Both the position numbers and the translations under genes were made by a program. From Promethearchaeota archaeon (GTDB taxonomy: Archaea > Asgardarchaeota > Lokiarchaeia > Sigyniarchaeales > SOKP01), in contig JBHLOC010000026.1 in the NCBI GenBank assembly GCA_048940925.1, positions 9,569 to 73,568 on the forward strand: a stretch of DNA of 64,000 bases, written 5' to 3'. Positions 30,250 through 39,821 of this stretch are shown here, one piece after another. Within the stretch, counting starts at the first letter, position 1. Each line of letters opens with the position of its first letter. The notes below the pieces were generated by a model. The model was not told the origin of the DNA. It searched no databases and was given only the letters and a program-made list of their open reading frames with translations.

Positions 30250-31605
30250 ATGTTAGATAATAATAAAAAAGAACAAATAAAATTATCTTATCCAGATAAT
30301 TTAGCTGCTACTGATGAAATTGAAGTCTATGAAAGATTAAAGAAAGAGGATTTTCCAAAAGTAAATCCTTTTGAAATGGCAAAAAAACAAATCGATATTG
30401 TTGCAGAAAAGATGGGATTAAATGAAAATATTAGGAAATATCTCAAAAGAGTAGAGCGCTCTTTAATTGTATCTGTCCCAATAAAGATGGATGATGGAAG
30501 TATTGAAATCTTCGAAGGATATAGAGTGCAACACTCGACTGTTCGAGGACCTGGTAAAGGAGGGATCAGATTTGCTCCAACTGTTAATCTTGATGAAGTT
30601 AAAGCATTAGCGACTTGGATGACGTGGAAGTGTAGCTTATTAAATCTTCCTTTAGGAGGCGCTAAAGGGGGCGTATGTGTAGAGCCTAAAAAATTATCTA
30701 AAAACGAATTAGAAAGGTTAACGCGGAGATATACAGCAGAAATTATAAACTTTATAGGGCCTGATATGGATATACCTGCTCCAGATATTAATACAAATGC
30801 ACAAATAATGGCTTGGATTATGGATACATATTCTATGAATAAAGGGAGAGCCATTCCTGGAGTAGTAACAGGGAAACCAATAGAAATAGGAGGTTCAATT
30901 GGGAGAGAAACAGCAACAGGAATGGGTTTATTTTATATACTTGAAGCATTGTGTAATAAAATGAATAAAGATCTAAAAAGTCAAACAATTGTTGTGCAGG
31001 GCTTTGGCAATGTCGGAGGAAATATTGCAAAAATTTTATACGATAATGGATGTAATATTATTGCTGTATCAGATATTTCTGGAGGATTATATGCAAAAAA
31101 GGGATTAAATATTAATGAATTATTAGAATGGAGCAATAAAAATAAATTCTTGAAGGATTTTAAAAATGGACTCTATAAATTTATCAGTAATGAAAATATC
31201 CTCACACTAAAATGTGATGTTTTAATTCCTGCAGCAGTAGAGAATCAAATAAATCAATTAAACGCTTATGATGTAAATTGTAAAATTATATTAGAGGGTG
31301 CTAATGGACCAACTACTCCAGAAGCAGATGATATCTTAAATAAAAAAGGGATAGTAATAGTGCCTGATATCCTTGCCAATGCAGGAGGTGTATGTGTCTC
31401 TTATTTTGAGTATATCCAAGATATACATAGCTATTTTTGGAGTTTAGAAAGAATTAATCACGAATTAAAGCATATTCTTACTAATGCATTTAAAGAAGTT
31501 TATAGAATTTCAAAAGAAAAGAACGTGAGTCTAAGAATAGCATCATATATTATTGCCATTTCAAGATTAGCTAAAGCAATTGATTTGAGAGGATTTTTTC
31601 CTTGA
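30250..31605 (+). CDS. gdhA: glutamate dehydrogenase (Glu/Leu/Phe/Val family)
   Basis: RGPGKGGIRF, MTWK, GGAKGG, PAPD, VTGKP, QGFGNVG, EGANGP, NAGGV. Confidence 0.97.
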   Translation: MLDNNKKEQIKLSYPDNLAATDEIEVYERLKKEDFPKVNPFEMAKKQIDIVAEKMGLNENIRKYLKRVERSLIVSVPIKMDDGSIEIFEGYRVQHSTVRGPGKGGIRFAPTVNLDEVKALATWMTWKCSLLNLPLGGAKGGVCVEPKKLSKNELERLTRRYTAEIINFIGPDMDIPAPDINTNAQIMAWIMDTYSMNKGRAIPGVVTGKPIEIGGSIGRETATGMGLFYILEALCNKMNKDLKSQTIVVQGFGNVGGNIAKILYDNGCNIIAVSDISGGLYAKKGLNINELLEWSNKNKFLKDFKNGLYKFISNENILTLKCDVLIPAAVENQINQLNAYDVNCKIILEGANGPTTPEADDILNKKGIVIVPDILANAGGVCVSYFEYIQDIHSYFWSLERINHELKHILTNAFKEVYRISKEKNVSLRIASYIIAISRLAKAIDLRGFFP

Positions 31606-31656
31606 ATTAACTATTCTGATAACAAATAAAATATTAAAGAGCTTTTTTACTAGAAT

Positions 31657-32550
31657 TCAGTTTTCTTTTTTAACACTAAAATTTATTTTATCAGTCATTT
31701 TAAAAATGTCTATAAAGCTTGATACATGAATTGGTAATTGGATTCCATCAAGGGTTTTTATTTCTTCATTAATAAATCTCCAGAGATTTTTTTCATCTTT
31801 AGCTATAACTTTTACTAATAAATTATAATCACCAGTAGAAGATGCAACTAATTGTATCTCATCATATTTGGAGAGTTTTCTCGCAATATAATCTAATTTT
31901 AATGGATCTATAGAGAGACCAAGAATAGCTATAGAATCATATCCCACTTTAAAAGGATCCACAAGTGTATCAAATTTTTTTATGATACCTTCTTTTATCA
32001 TATTCTGTACTCTGTTATGTATGGTACTAGCAGCCAAATTCACTTTTTTACTTAAATCCTTATAAGAGATTCTATAATTTTCTTGTAATAATTCAAGAAT
32101 TTCTTTATCTTTATCATCAAATATTTGTTTTATATCTTTATCTATTTTCTTTTCAGATTCAATTTTGTGTCGTTCAATAGCATATAAAATTGCTCGTATT
32201 AAACTTGAACCATTAAGTTCATCTTTTATTATATAGTCCTGAGCGCCTTTTTGAAGAGATTTTAAAGCAAAATCCTTATCATCTAAACCAGTTAAAATAA
32301 TTATAGGAATCGTGTTCGTAATATTCAAGACTTTATCTAATGTAGATTCTCTATCACTATCCGGTAGAGTCAAATCTAATAGAACAATATCTAAAATTTT
32401 GCTTTTGAGATGATTTATACTTTCAGAAAGCCTTTGTTTTGATTCTAAATTAAATTTAAAATCTTCAGAAGATTTTAATAATTCTTCAATGAGACGCACG
32501 TCAGCTTTATTATCTTCAATTAATAGTATATTAATTTTTTTTTTTTCGAT
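31657..32550 (-). CDS. REC-Lrp/AsnC fusion response regulator, ATC start
   Basis: frame extends to (M)EKKKINILLIEDN; LLDL-x-LPD, IILTG, DYIIK; C-terminal Lrp HTH + RAM domain. Confidence 0.9.
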   Translation of the reverse strand: MEKKKINILLIEDNKADVRLIEELLKSSEDFKFNLESKQRLSESINHLKSKILDIVLLDLTLPDSDRESTLDKVLNITNTIPIIILTGLDDKDFALKSLQKGAQDYIIKDELNGSSLIRAILYAIERHKIESEKKIDKDIKQIFDDKDKEILELLQENYRISYKDLSKKVNLAASTIHNRVQNMIKEGIIKKFDTLVDPFKVGYDSIAILGLSIDPLKLDYIARKLSKYDEIQLVASSTGDYNLLVKVIAKDEKNLWRFINEEIKTLDGIQLPIHVSSFIDIFKMTDKINFSVKKEN

Positions 32551-32950
32551 TGTTTTTCACCAATAAATAATTTTTAGGTTTCGAATCGACCTTAAGACAT
32601 TTTACATTCTTTGTTCCTTATTCTGAATAATATTCATTTTAATATTTATAATTTTTTTAAAGGACTTCGAATAAGTTAAACTTTTTTTTTTCTGAACTTT
32701 TAATGGAATAGAGTAAGTTAAAATATTTTTAAAATGATATATTATAAATTGAAATCTCATTTTTTCAATTAATAATATTCATTTCTTTATTCGATAAAAT
32801 TTATTTTCTATTGGACAATATTCTTAATAATGAAGAATTTATCCTCAGATAATTAAATGAGAGATCTCAATTTTTATTTTGAATATAAATTTTTAGTTTT
32901 TAAGATTTTCTCCTATTCTGCTTCAAAAATTTAAATAAAAAATTTTTATT

Positions 32951-34030
32951 ATGATTAAGAAAATGCATGAAATGCACTTAAAACTTAAGCAAGAAGGAAC
33001 GAAAATATTTATTATTTTTATTTTAATAATAATTTCATGTTTATTAATTTATTTTTTCGAGATAATATTAAGAACATCACTATTAATAGCACATTTCTTT
33101 TATTTTCCTTCGATTTTAGCATGTTTATGGTGGAAAAGAAAAGGTTTAATTATTCCTATTTTTTTAGCAGTAGTTTTAATTATTTTTAATCTCATCCCTG
33201 AAGATGAAATTTTTAATCTAGAAATTCTAAATACTTTTTTGAGAGCAGTCTCATTAATTATAGTTGGAATAGTAGTATCTTTATTATCTGAGCATATTTC
33301 AAAAAGAGGATTTGAATTTAATGAAATAATGGAAGATTTAAAGCGTTCAAATGAGGATTTACAACAGTTTGCCTATGTAGCTTCACATGATCTACAGGAA
33401 CCTTTAAGAGCAATTGTAAGCTTTTCTCAACTTTTAGAAGATAGATATAAAGATCAAATAGATAAGGATGGTAAAGAATTCATTCACTTTATTACAGACG
33501 GAGCAAAAAAAATGAATACGCTTATTAAGGATTTATTAACTTATTCGAGAATCACAACACAACCTAAATCTCCTAAATTAACTAATCTTAAGGATGTTAT
33601 TCAAGATGCATTATTTAATTTACAAGAATCAATTAAACAAAGTGAGGCGATTATAACTTATGATGATATGCCAGTTCTAAAAGTAGATAGAACTCAGTTT
33701 ATTCAACTATTTCAGAATTTGCTTAGTAATGCAATAAAATTTCGAAGACAAGAACCACCGAAGATACATATTGGAGTAAAAAGAACTAATAATGAGTGGT
33801 TATTTGCAATAAAAGATAATGGAATAGGCATTGAGTCAAAATATTTTGATAAGCTTTTTAATATTTTTTACCGGTTACATACTAAGGAAGAATATCCAGG
33901 TACAGGGATTGGTTTACCTATATGTAAAAAGATAGTTCAACGATATGGTGGAAAAATATGGGTAGAATCTGAATTTGGAAAAGGATCAACATTTTACTTT
34001 ACAATTTTTCAATCAAAAAATAAAGATTAA
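32951..34030 (+). CDS. membrane sensor histidine kinase
   Basis: 4 TM; FAYVASHDLQEPLR; QNLLSNAIKF; DNGIGI; GTGIGL. Confidence 0.93.
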   Translation: MIKKMHEMHLKLKQEGTKIFIIFILIIISCLLIYFFEIILRTSLLIAHFFYFPSILACLWWKRKGLIIPIFLAVVLIIFNLIPEDEIFNLEILNTFLRAVSLIIVGIVVSLLSEHISKRGFEFNEIMEDLKRSNEDLQQFAYVASHDLQEPLRAIVSFSQLLEDRYKDQIDKDGKEFIHFITDGAKKMNTLIKDLLTYSRITTQPKSPKLTNLKDVIQDALFNLQESIKQSEAIITYDDMPVLKVDRTQFIQLFQNLLSNAIKFRRQEPPKIHIGVKRTNNEWLFAIKDNGIGIESKYFDKLFNIFYRLHTKEEYPGTGIGLPICKKIVQRYGGKIWVESEFGKGSTFYFTIFQSKNKD

Positions 34031-34042
34031 AGGTATAAAATT

Positions 34043-34489
34043 GTGATTCAATACAATAGAGTAAAAGCTAAAATCTTACTTGTAGAAGATAATGCAGCAG
34101 ATATCCGTCTGACTACAGAAGTTCTACAAAAGAATAGTATTGTAAGTAAATTAGATGTAGTAAGGGATGGTGTTGAAGCAATAGAATTTTTAAAAAAGCG
34201 GGGAAAATATTCTAATGCAAAAAGACCGAATTTAATTTTATTAGACTTAAACTTGCCAAAAAGAGATGGATTTTACGTATTGGAAGAAATTAAGAATGAT
34301 GAAGAATTAAAAAAGATTCCAGTTGTAATTTTAACAGTGTCTGACGCTAGAGAGGATTTGATAAAAGCCTATAATCTCCATGCTAATTGTTATATAATCA
34401 AGCCTTTAGAAATGAGGGAATTTTATAAGATTGTTAATTCAATTGTGAATTTTTGGTTTACTATAGTAAAAAATTTTGAGATTGAATAA
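34043..34489 (+). CDS. stand-alone response regulator (Rcp1-like)
   Basis: LLVEDN, LLDLNLP, VILT, ANCYIIKP. Confidence 0.93.
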   Translation: MIQYNRVKAKILLVEDNAADIRLTTEVLQKNSIVSKLDVVRDGVEAIEFLKKRGKYSNAKRPNLILLDLNLPKRDGFYVLEEIKNDEELKKIPVVILTVSDAREDLIKAYNLHANCYIIKPLEMREFYKIVNSIVNFWFTIVKNFEIE

Positions 34490-34571
34490 TTCGATTATAA
34501 CATACAAACTCTTTTGAAATTTACCTGTTTTTCTAAAGAGGAACAAAAATTTTCTTCTATTTTTATGGTTA

Positions 34572-35156
34572 TTAAGCAATTTTTATTGAACTTGTGGATT
34601 TATAAACATCTAATAAGTTAGATACATGAATTTGAGGCTTGATTCCATTTATTGTTTTGATTTTTACATTTATGAAATTCCAGAGCGATTTTTCATCCCT
34701 AGCAATTATCTGAGCGATAATATCATGATCTCCAGTTGAAATCGCAACAAGTTGAGTTTCTTCATAGGAGGCAATCTTATTTGCGATATCATTCATTCTT
34801 ATTGGATCTACTGAAAGACCTACTATTGCTATCGTATTATACCCAATTTTCGCGGGATCTATAGTTGTTGCAAACTGCTTAATTATTTCTTCTTCAATCA
34901 TCTTTTTTACTCTATTATGAATTGTACTCGCTGCTAATTTTAGCTTTTCTGCTAATTCTCGATATGAGATCTTATTATTATTTTGTAAAATATTTAAAAT
35001 TTCCTTATCTTTTTCATCCATAGAGTGGCAATTCCAGGGATAATTTTTACGATCATCATTAAAAATAATTCCATGCTCTATTGAAAATCCATCACATCTG
35101 TGATAAATCTTTCTACCTAGCGAATATTCTTCTCCACACTTAGGACAGGTTACTAT
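34572..35156 (-). CDS. Lrp/AsnC regulator with an N-terminal Cys/His zinc-finger extension (ATA start; ATG at 35021 is the alternative)
   Basis: 45 in-frame codons (VTCPKCGEEYSLGRKIYHRC...H...WNCHS) precede the Lrp domain DEKDKEIL...STIHNRV. Confidence 0.8.
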   Translation of the reverse strand: MVTCPKCGEEYSLGRKIYHRCDGFSIEHGIIFNDDRKNYPWNCHSMDEKDKEILNILQNNNKISYRELAEKLKLAASTIHNRVKKMIEEEIIKQFATTIDPAKIGYNTIAIVGLSVDPIRMNDIANKIASYEETQLVAISTGDHDIIAQIIARDEKSLWNFINVKIKTINGIKPQIHVSNLLDVYKSTSSIKIA

Positions 35157-35307
35157 AATAATCAGCTCGTTTCTATTGCTTGAAATTTGGAATTTAAAAT
35201 TAATTTTTATTATTAATCTGAAAAAAATTCATTTCAGTCTTTTTATTAATTTGACATTAATTTAGTTTTTCTAATAAAATATATGTGATCTATATTATTT
35301 AAATCTA

Positions 35308-35384
35308 TCGAAGATAGTTCGGATATCAAATATTATTACCGTATATTATTTACTTTCACTTAGATCCCTCTGTATAATGTTCGA
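35308..35384 (-). promoter_or_regulatory. NCGAA-N5-TTCGN sites at 31-bp spacing upstream of the Zn-Lrp gene
   Basis: TCGAAGATAGTTCGG (35308), CCGTA half-site (35339), CTGTATAATGTTCGA (35370); TTTAAATA 4 nt downstream on the minus strand. Confidence 0.6.
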
Positions 35385-35574
35385 TAGATTAAGATAAGAA
35401 GTACCTATGATGGTAAAAATGCTTATTTCGCTAAACTTTAGAAATTATATTCAAATTAATATCTCAGATAATTGATTGATCAACTTAAGATGTTTATTGT
35501 ATAGATTAACTCTTAATAAAGAACATTTGATAATAGAAAATATTAATTTTAAAGAAGTAAGAGTAAAAGTTATT

Positions 35575-36942
35575 TTAGTTAAATTTAGTTTTTAAGAATT
35601 TATCTATCACCTTTGCTGTTTTATATCCAGCAACTATAGCAGAAATTACTGTAGCAGTCCCTGTGGTTATGTCTCCACCTGCGAAAACATCTTCGATATT
35701 TGTCCTCCCAAACTCATCAGTCTCTATATATCCATCTTTATTTAATTTTAATTCAGGAATAGTTTTTAATAAAATTGAATTAGCATGAGTTCCAATTGCT
35801 AGAATAATTGTATCTGCTTTGATTAAGTATTCAGAATTTTTAATTGGTATTGGTCTACGACGCCCAGATTGATCAGGTTCACATAATCTCATTTTAATAA
35901 CCTCCATTTCTTTTACTGATTCACTTTCATCTCCAATAATTCTTATCGGATTTGTTAAGAATTGAAATTTAATTCCTTCTTCTATTGCATGTTGATATTC
36001 TTCCTTTCTTGCTGGCATCTCAACCTTACTTCGTCTATATACTATTATAACTTTTTGAGCACCTAATCTTAAAGCGACTCGGGCAGAATCTAATGCTGAA
36101 TTTCCACCACCTATAACAACTACAATCTTTCCAATCTTGATGGGAGTATCATATTCTGGAAATTTATAGGCTTTCATTAAATTAACTCTCGTAAGGAATT
36201 CATTAGCAGTAAGAACACCATTTAAATTAGTTCCGGGAATATTTAAAATGATCGGTAAGCCTGCCCCAATTACTATAAAAAATGCTTTAAATCCCATATC
36301 TCTCAAGTCATCAATAGTTAAAGTCTTTCCGATAACACAATTATATTTTATTTCAATATTTAGATTTTTTAATGTATTAATCTCATCTTCCACAATTTTT
36401 TTTGGTAATCGAAATTCGGGGATTCCATACATAAGAACACCACCCCCAGCGTGAAGAGCTTCAAAAATTGTAGTATTATACCCTTTTTTAGCAAGTTTAG
36501 TAGCGCAAGCTAAACCAGCTGGACCTGATCCTATAATTGCAACTTTTAAATAATTTGATGGTACCAAAGTTGGATTGGCTATTACTAAATTTTCTTTTTC
36601 CCAATCCCCAACAAATCTTTCAAGAGCTCCAATTGCAATCGACTTTCCATTCTTTCCTAAAATACAAAGTTTTTCACAATGGATTTCTTGAGGGCAAACT
36701 CTGCCACATATAGATGGAAAAAAATTATATTCTTTAAGATGTATTAACGCATTTCTAAAATCATTATCTTTGATATATTTTATAAAACCAGGAATGTCAA
36801 TATTAATAGGACACCCCAACATACATTTGGGATCTTTACACCCAAGACAGCGTTGAGCTTCAAGATTAGCCATTACAGGGGTGTATCCTAAGGAAATTTC
36901 ATTGAAATTTAAAATCCTTTCACGAATTTCTTGTGTAACCAT
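35575..36942 (-). CDS. NADPH-dependent glutamate synthase beta-chain-like / SudA-type Nfn large-subunit flavo-Fe-S protein
   Basis: EAQRCLGC-x4-C-x3-CP, GRVCPQE-x2-CE-x2-C, GSGPAG, YGIPEFRLP, GGGN-x-A-x-D, FAGGD. Confidence 0.93.
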   Translation of the reverse strand: MVTQEIRERILNFNEISLGYTPVMANLEAQRCLGCKDPKCMLGCPINIDIPGFIKYIKDNDFRNALIHLKEYNFFPSICGRVCPQEIHCEKLCILGKNGKSIAIGALERFVGDWEKENLVIANPTLVPSNYLKVAIIGSGPAGLACATKLAKKGYNTTIFEALHAGGGVLMYGIPEFRLPKKIVEDEINTLKNLNIEIKYNCVIGKTLTIDDLRDMGFKAFFIVIGAGLPIILNIPGTNLNGVLTANEFLTRVNLMKAYKFPEYDTPIKIGKIVVVIGGGNSALDSARVALRLGAQKVIIVYRRSKVEMPARKEEYQHAIEEGIKFQFLTNPIRIIGDESESVKEMEVIKMRLCEPDQSGRRRPIPIKNSEYLIKADTIILAIGTHANSILLKTIPELKLNKDGYIETDEFGRTNIEDVFAGGDITTGTATVISAIVAGYKTAKVIDKFLKTKFN

Positions 36943-37089
36943 TTTTTGTCTTGAAATTTTTTTAAATCCTTGGAACTTAATTGTTCTCTCTTCTCAACTT
37001 TAGTCATCGTCTAACTTCTATTATTTTTGCTAATGATTTACAATTTAAGTAGAAATTTAATAATCAATATATTCTATATATCTTTTTTA

Positions 37090-37225
37090 TCGAATAAAAT
37101 TCGAATTAATGTTTGTAAAGATTTATTAAATCGGTTTATATTTACGCTTAATTTAAATTAATCATATTATTTAAACATACTGAACAAAGTTCGGTTAAAC
37201 ATCAATTAAGCTGAATCCAATACTG
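37090..37225 (-). promoter_or_regulatory. promoter of the SudA-like gene with NCGAA-N5-TTCGN sites (37090, 37180, half-site 37211)
   Basis: TCGAATAAAATTCGA is the exact reverse complement of the gdhA 30234 site; CTGAACAAAGTTCGG lies 4 nt from TTTAAATA. Confidence 0.7.
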
Positions 37226-37290
37226 AGAAATTAAGAATTGATGAATAAATATGAATTAAAGAAAAATATGTTTAAATTCAGGTTCAATGA

Positions 37291-37328
37291 CGTGCCACGA
37301 TCCTTGTATATCGTGTGGTACATATTAA
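37291..37328 (+). pseudogene. relic 3' end of a [NiFe]-hydrogenase large subunit
   Basis: GAT CCT TGT ATA TCG TGT GGT ACA TAT TAA = DPCISCGTY*, preceded by out-of-frame CGT GCC (RA). Confidence 0.55.
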
Positions 37329-37394
37329 TTTTGGTGATAAAATACACTATATAATGATAATAAAACAATACCCCAATTTCAAATTAAATATTTA

Positions 37395-37703
37395 GTAAGA
37401 ATATTATTCTCTGTTCCAAAATTATAATTTAATTTAACTGAGGAATATTTCTAAAATTGAAGCGCAAAAACAGAATATCTAAATGGTAATTTTTGTGCCC
37501 AATTTTGTATTTTATTGATCATGGGAAACTTGACTGAAAATGGGTTGAAAATTATTGTCTAATTGGAAATAAAGAGTGTATTAGATATAAGCTTAAAGAA
37601 AGTGGAAAGTATCATCTATATAATTTTAGCCAAATTACTAATCTGATTTATTTTTTTACTATAAAAAGAATATAATCTTAAAAAGAAAATTTCAAGATAA
37701 ATC
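37395..37703 (+). repeat. direct repeat, copy 2, carrying a pseudogenised copy (37457 to about 37630) of the 29332 gene
   Basis: LKRKNRISKW*FLCP...DHGKLD*KWVENYCLIGNKECIRY; two nonsense codons; 3' end deleted. Confidence 0.85.
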
Positions 37704-37721
37704 TATAATCTACAGGAATCA

Positions 37722-38129
37722 TTAATGATGAAAATGATGGTGTTCGTAGTCATCATCAGCTTCAGTATGAATTTTATCAACCCCATAACCTTTACCTCCT
37801 CCTGGAGAACAAAGACTTTCTCCGCCCTCTAAAGTTCCGTCTAATATTTTTTTGATAACATCATCAATTCTCCCAGTTACACCTACAATTACTTCAATTC
37901 CATATTGGTTAAAAAAAGCTTCGGCTCTACGACCCATACCTCCCGCAATCAAGCAATTTGCGCCTTGTTGATTTACAAATTGGGGTATACTTCCTACAGA
38001 ATGTCCAGGATTTGGAAGCACTTTTTTTTCAATTACCTTATTATCTTCAATCGTGATAAAAGTAAACTCTGGCGCTCGACCAAAATGAGCACAAACATTT
38101 CCTGAATCTGAACTAATAGCTATTTTCAT
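37722..38129 (-). CDS. NifB/NifX family protein with His-rich tail
   Basis: MKIAIS...AHFGRAP, NPGH, GGMG-x-RA, C...EHHHFHH. Confidence 0.9.
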   Translation of the reverse strand: MKIAISSDSGNVCAHFGRAPEFTFITIEDNKVIEKKVLPNPGHSVGSIPQFVNQQGANCLIAGGMGRRAEAFFNQYGIEVIVGVTGRIDDVIKKILDGTLEGGESLCSPGGGKGYGVDKIHTEADDDYEHHHFHH

Positions 38130-38180
38130 TTTTTTTCAATTTTTTTTTTAATATATATAGGGATTTATAAAATTTAAGTT

Positions 38181-38200
38181 TAATGAATAATTATTCATAA
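38181..38200. promoter_or_regulatory. 20-bp palindromic operator between NifB/NifX and DUF134 (weaker copy at 38297-38316)
   Basis: TAATGAATAATTATTCATAA. Confidence 0.8.
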
Positions 38201-38393
38201 AACAATTCTATTAATTCTTTCTTCTTTTATTATATTTAGAACATTATTAAACAAAAATGAAAAATTAAAATACCTTTAATAAATGATTTTTAATAATTAT
38301 GAATAACAATTAATAATAAAAATTTAAATGAATTCTTATACAAAAGGGTATTAATTGGAGAAATAGTCATTATCATAATTTTGGTGATTTGGT

Positions 38394-38816
38394 ATCGGAA
38401 GAAGGAGACATCGAAGATGGGTTACCTATACACCTAATAATATTTATTTTTCAAGTGATCCTCCTAAATCAGAAGATTCAGTAATATTAACCGTAGCTGA
38501 ATTTGAGGCTATGCGACTTAAGCATTTTATAGGTTTAAATCAGAAAGTAGCTGCTGATAGAATGGGAATTAGTCAACCTACATTTTCTAGAATTCTCGAA
38601 AGTGCACATCAAAAAAATACTTTAGCACTACTTGAGGGAAAACAAATTAAAGTGTATGGGGGTAATGTGGACTACTATAAACCAAGCTTTTTAGGATATG
38701 GATGTCAAGATTGTAATTATGAATGGGAAGATGAAAATGCATCTAAAGATAGGAAGGTTAATTGTGTTAAATGTAATTCTAATAATGTATATTTTCTAGT
38801 AAAAGAGTTTATATAG
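38394..38816 (+). CDS. DUF134 (UPF0251) predicted DNA-binding protein with C-terminal zinc ribbon, ATC start
   Basis: (M)GRRRHRRWV...LTVAEFEAMRL...Q-x2-AA-x-RMGISQPTFSRIL-x-SA...CQDC...CVKC. Confidence 0.9.
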   Translation: MGRRRHRRWVTYTPNNIYFSSDPPKSEDSVILTVAEFEAMRLKHFIGLNQKVAADRMGISQPTFSRILESAHQKNTLALLEGKQIKVYGGNVDYYKPSFLGYGCQDCNYEWEDENASKDRKVNCVKCNSNNVYFLVKEFI

Positions 38817-38855
38817 TTTTTGAAGCCTTGAACCTTAAAAAAGAGAGTAATTAAA

Positions 38856-39821
38856 TTACGATAAAGAGTTATCCCATACTATTTCTTTTAGATTCTTATA
38901 AATTTCTTTGATAGCTAAACTTGCTTTAGAATCTGGAGCATAATCTATTACTGCTTCAGCAAAAGACATTGCTTTTGGGATTGTTAAATCAAATGGTATT
39001 TTTCCTATTATTTTATACTCCGTTTCAATTATAAATTTATTAAAATCTTTTTGAAAAGGGCTTTCTAAATCCGCTTTATTAACGAGTACCCCAAAGGGAA
39101 TATTAAATTGTTCAATGACTTCTATAACTCGAACTAGATCATGTAATCCAGAGGGAGTGGGTTCACATATGGTAACCACATAATCTAAATTTGCTACCAT
39201 CGCAATTACCGGACAACCTATTCCTGGAGGTCCATCGATTAAAATCAGATTACTCCTGTCAAATTCATCTATGTCTTTTACATATTCTTTAGCATCTGAG
39301 ACTAATTTTCCCGAAGTGGTGCTCCCTAATCGAGTTTTCCCATATACCAAGGGGATTCCCAATTTACTTTTATATAAGATTATCTCTCCGCTTTTAACCG
39401 GATTTATTTCGAAAGCATGCTGAGGACACAATACTTTACACGCTCCACAACCTTCACATTTCAAATAGTCAATTATGGGAACAGAATTTTGATCGTTCCA
39501 ATTTAATGCATTAAACTCACAAAAATGATTATCAATGCATTCTTTACAATTAATACATTCATCTTCTAAAAATTCTGCTTTCAGAGTAGTAAAAGTATCT
39601 TCTTTTTTTATTTTAGATTCATCTTCAGGAGGGAGAATAATCGCTAAATTTGGTGCATCAACATCACAATCCAACACGATGACTTCCGTCATTGAATCCT
39701 TTTTTGCTAGGCTTGCTAATGATGCGGTAATTGAAGTTTTACCCACTCCTCCTTTGCCTGAAACTATACCCACTATTTTTCTTTCCATATTATTATTCTC
39801 CTTCTGCGGATTTTCCATCAA
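38856..39821 (-). CDS. MinD-superfamily P-loop ATPase with inserted ferredoxin
   Basis: SGKGGVGKT, DCDVDAPNL, two Cys clusters, SGKLV, DGPPGIGCPV, EPTPSG-x-HD. Confidence 0.92.
   Translation of the reverse strand: MMENPQKENNNMERKIVGIVSGKGGVGKTSITASLASLAKKDSMTEVIVLDCDVDAPNLAIILPPEDESKIKKEDTFTTLKAEFLEDECINCKECIDNHFCEFNALNWNDQNSVPIIDYLKCEGCGACKVLCPQHAFEINPVKSGEIILYKSKLGIPLVYGKTRLGSTTSGKLVSDAKEYVKDIDEFDRSNLILIDGPPGIGCPVIAMVANLDYVVTICEPTPSGLHDLVRVIEVIEQFNIPFGVLVNKADLESPFQKDFNKFIIETEYKIIGKIPFDLTIPKAMSFAEAVIDYAPDSKASLAIKEIYKNLKEIVWDNSLS

Noticed and set aside
37457-37630. TGA in the duplicated Cys-rich gene (and in the sirtuin relic) as selenocysteine
   Set aside because: The TGAs replace Arg (CGA) and a usual Gly rather than Cys, and occur together with TAA stops and deletions
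29270-37703. Transposon or integrative element
   Set aside because: No transposase, integrase, terminal inverted repeats or tRNA att site; reported only as a repeat-bounded block
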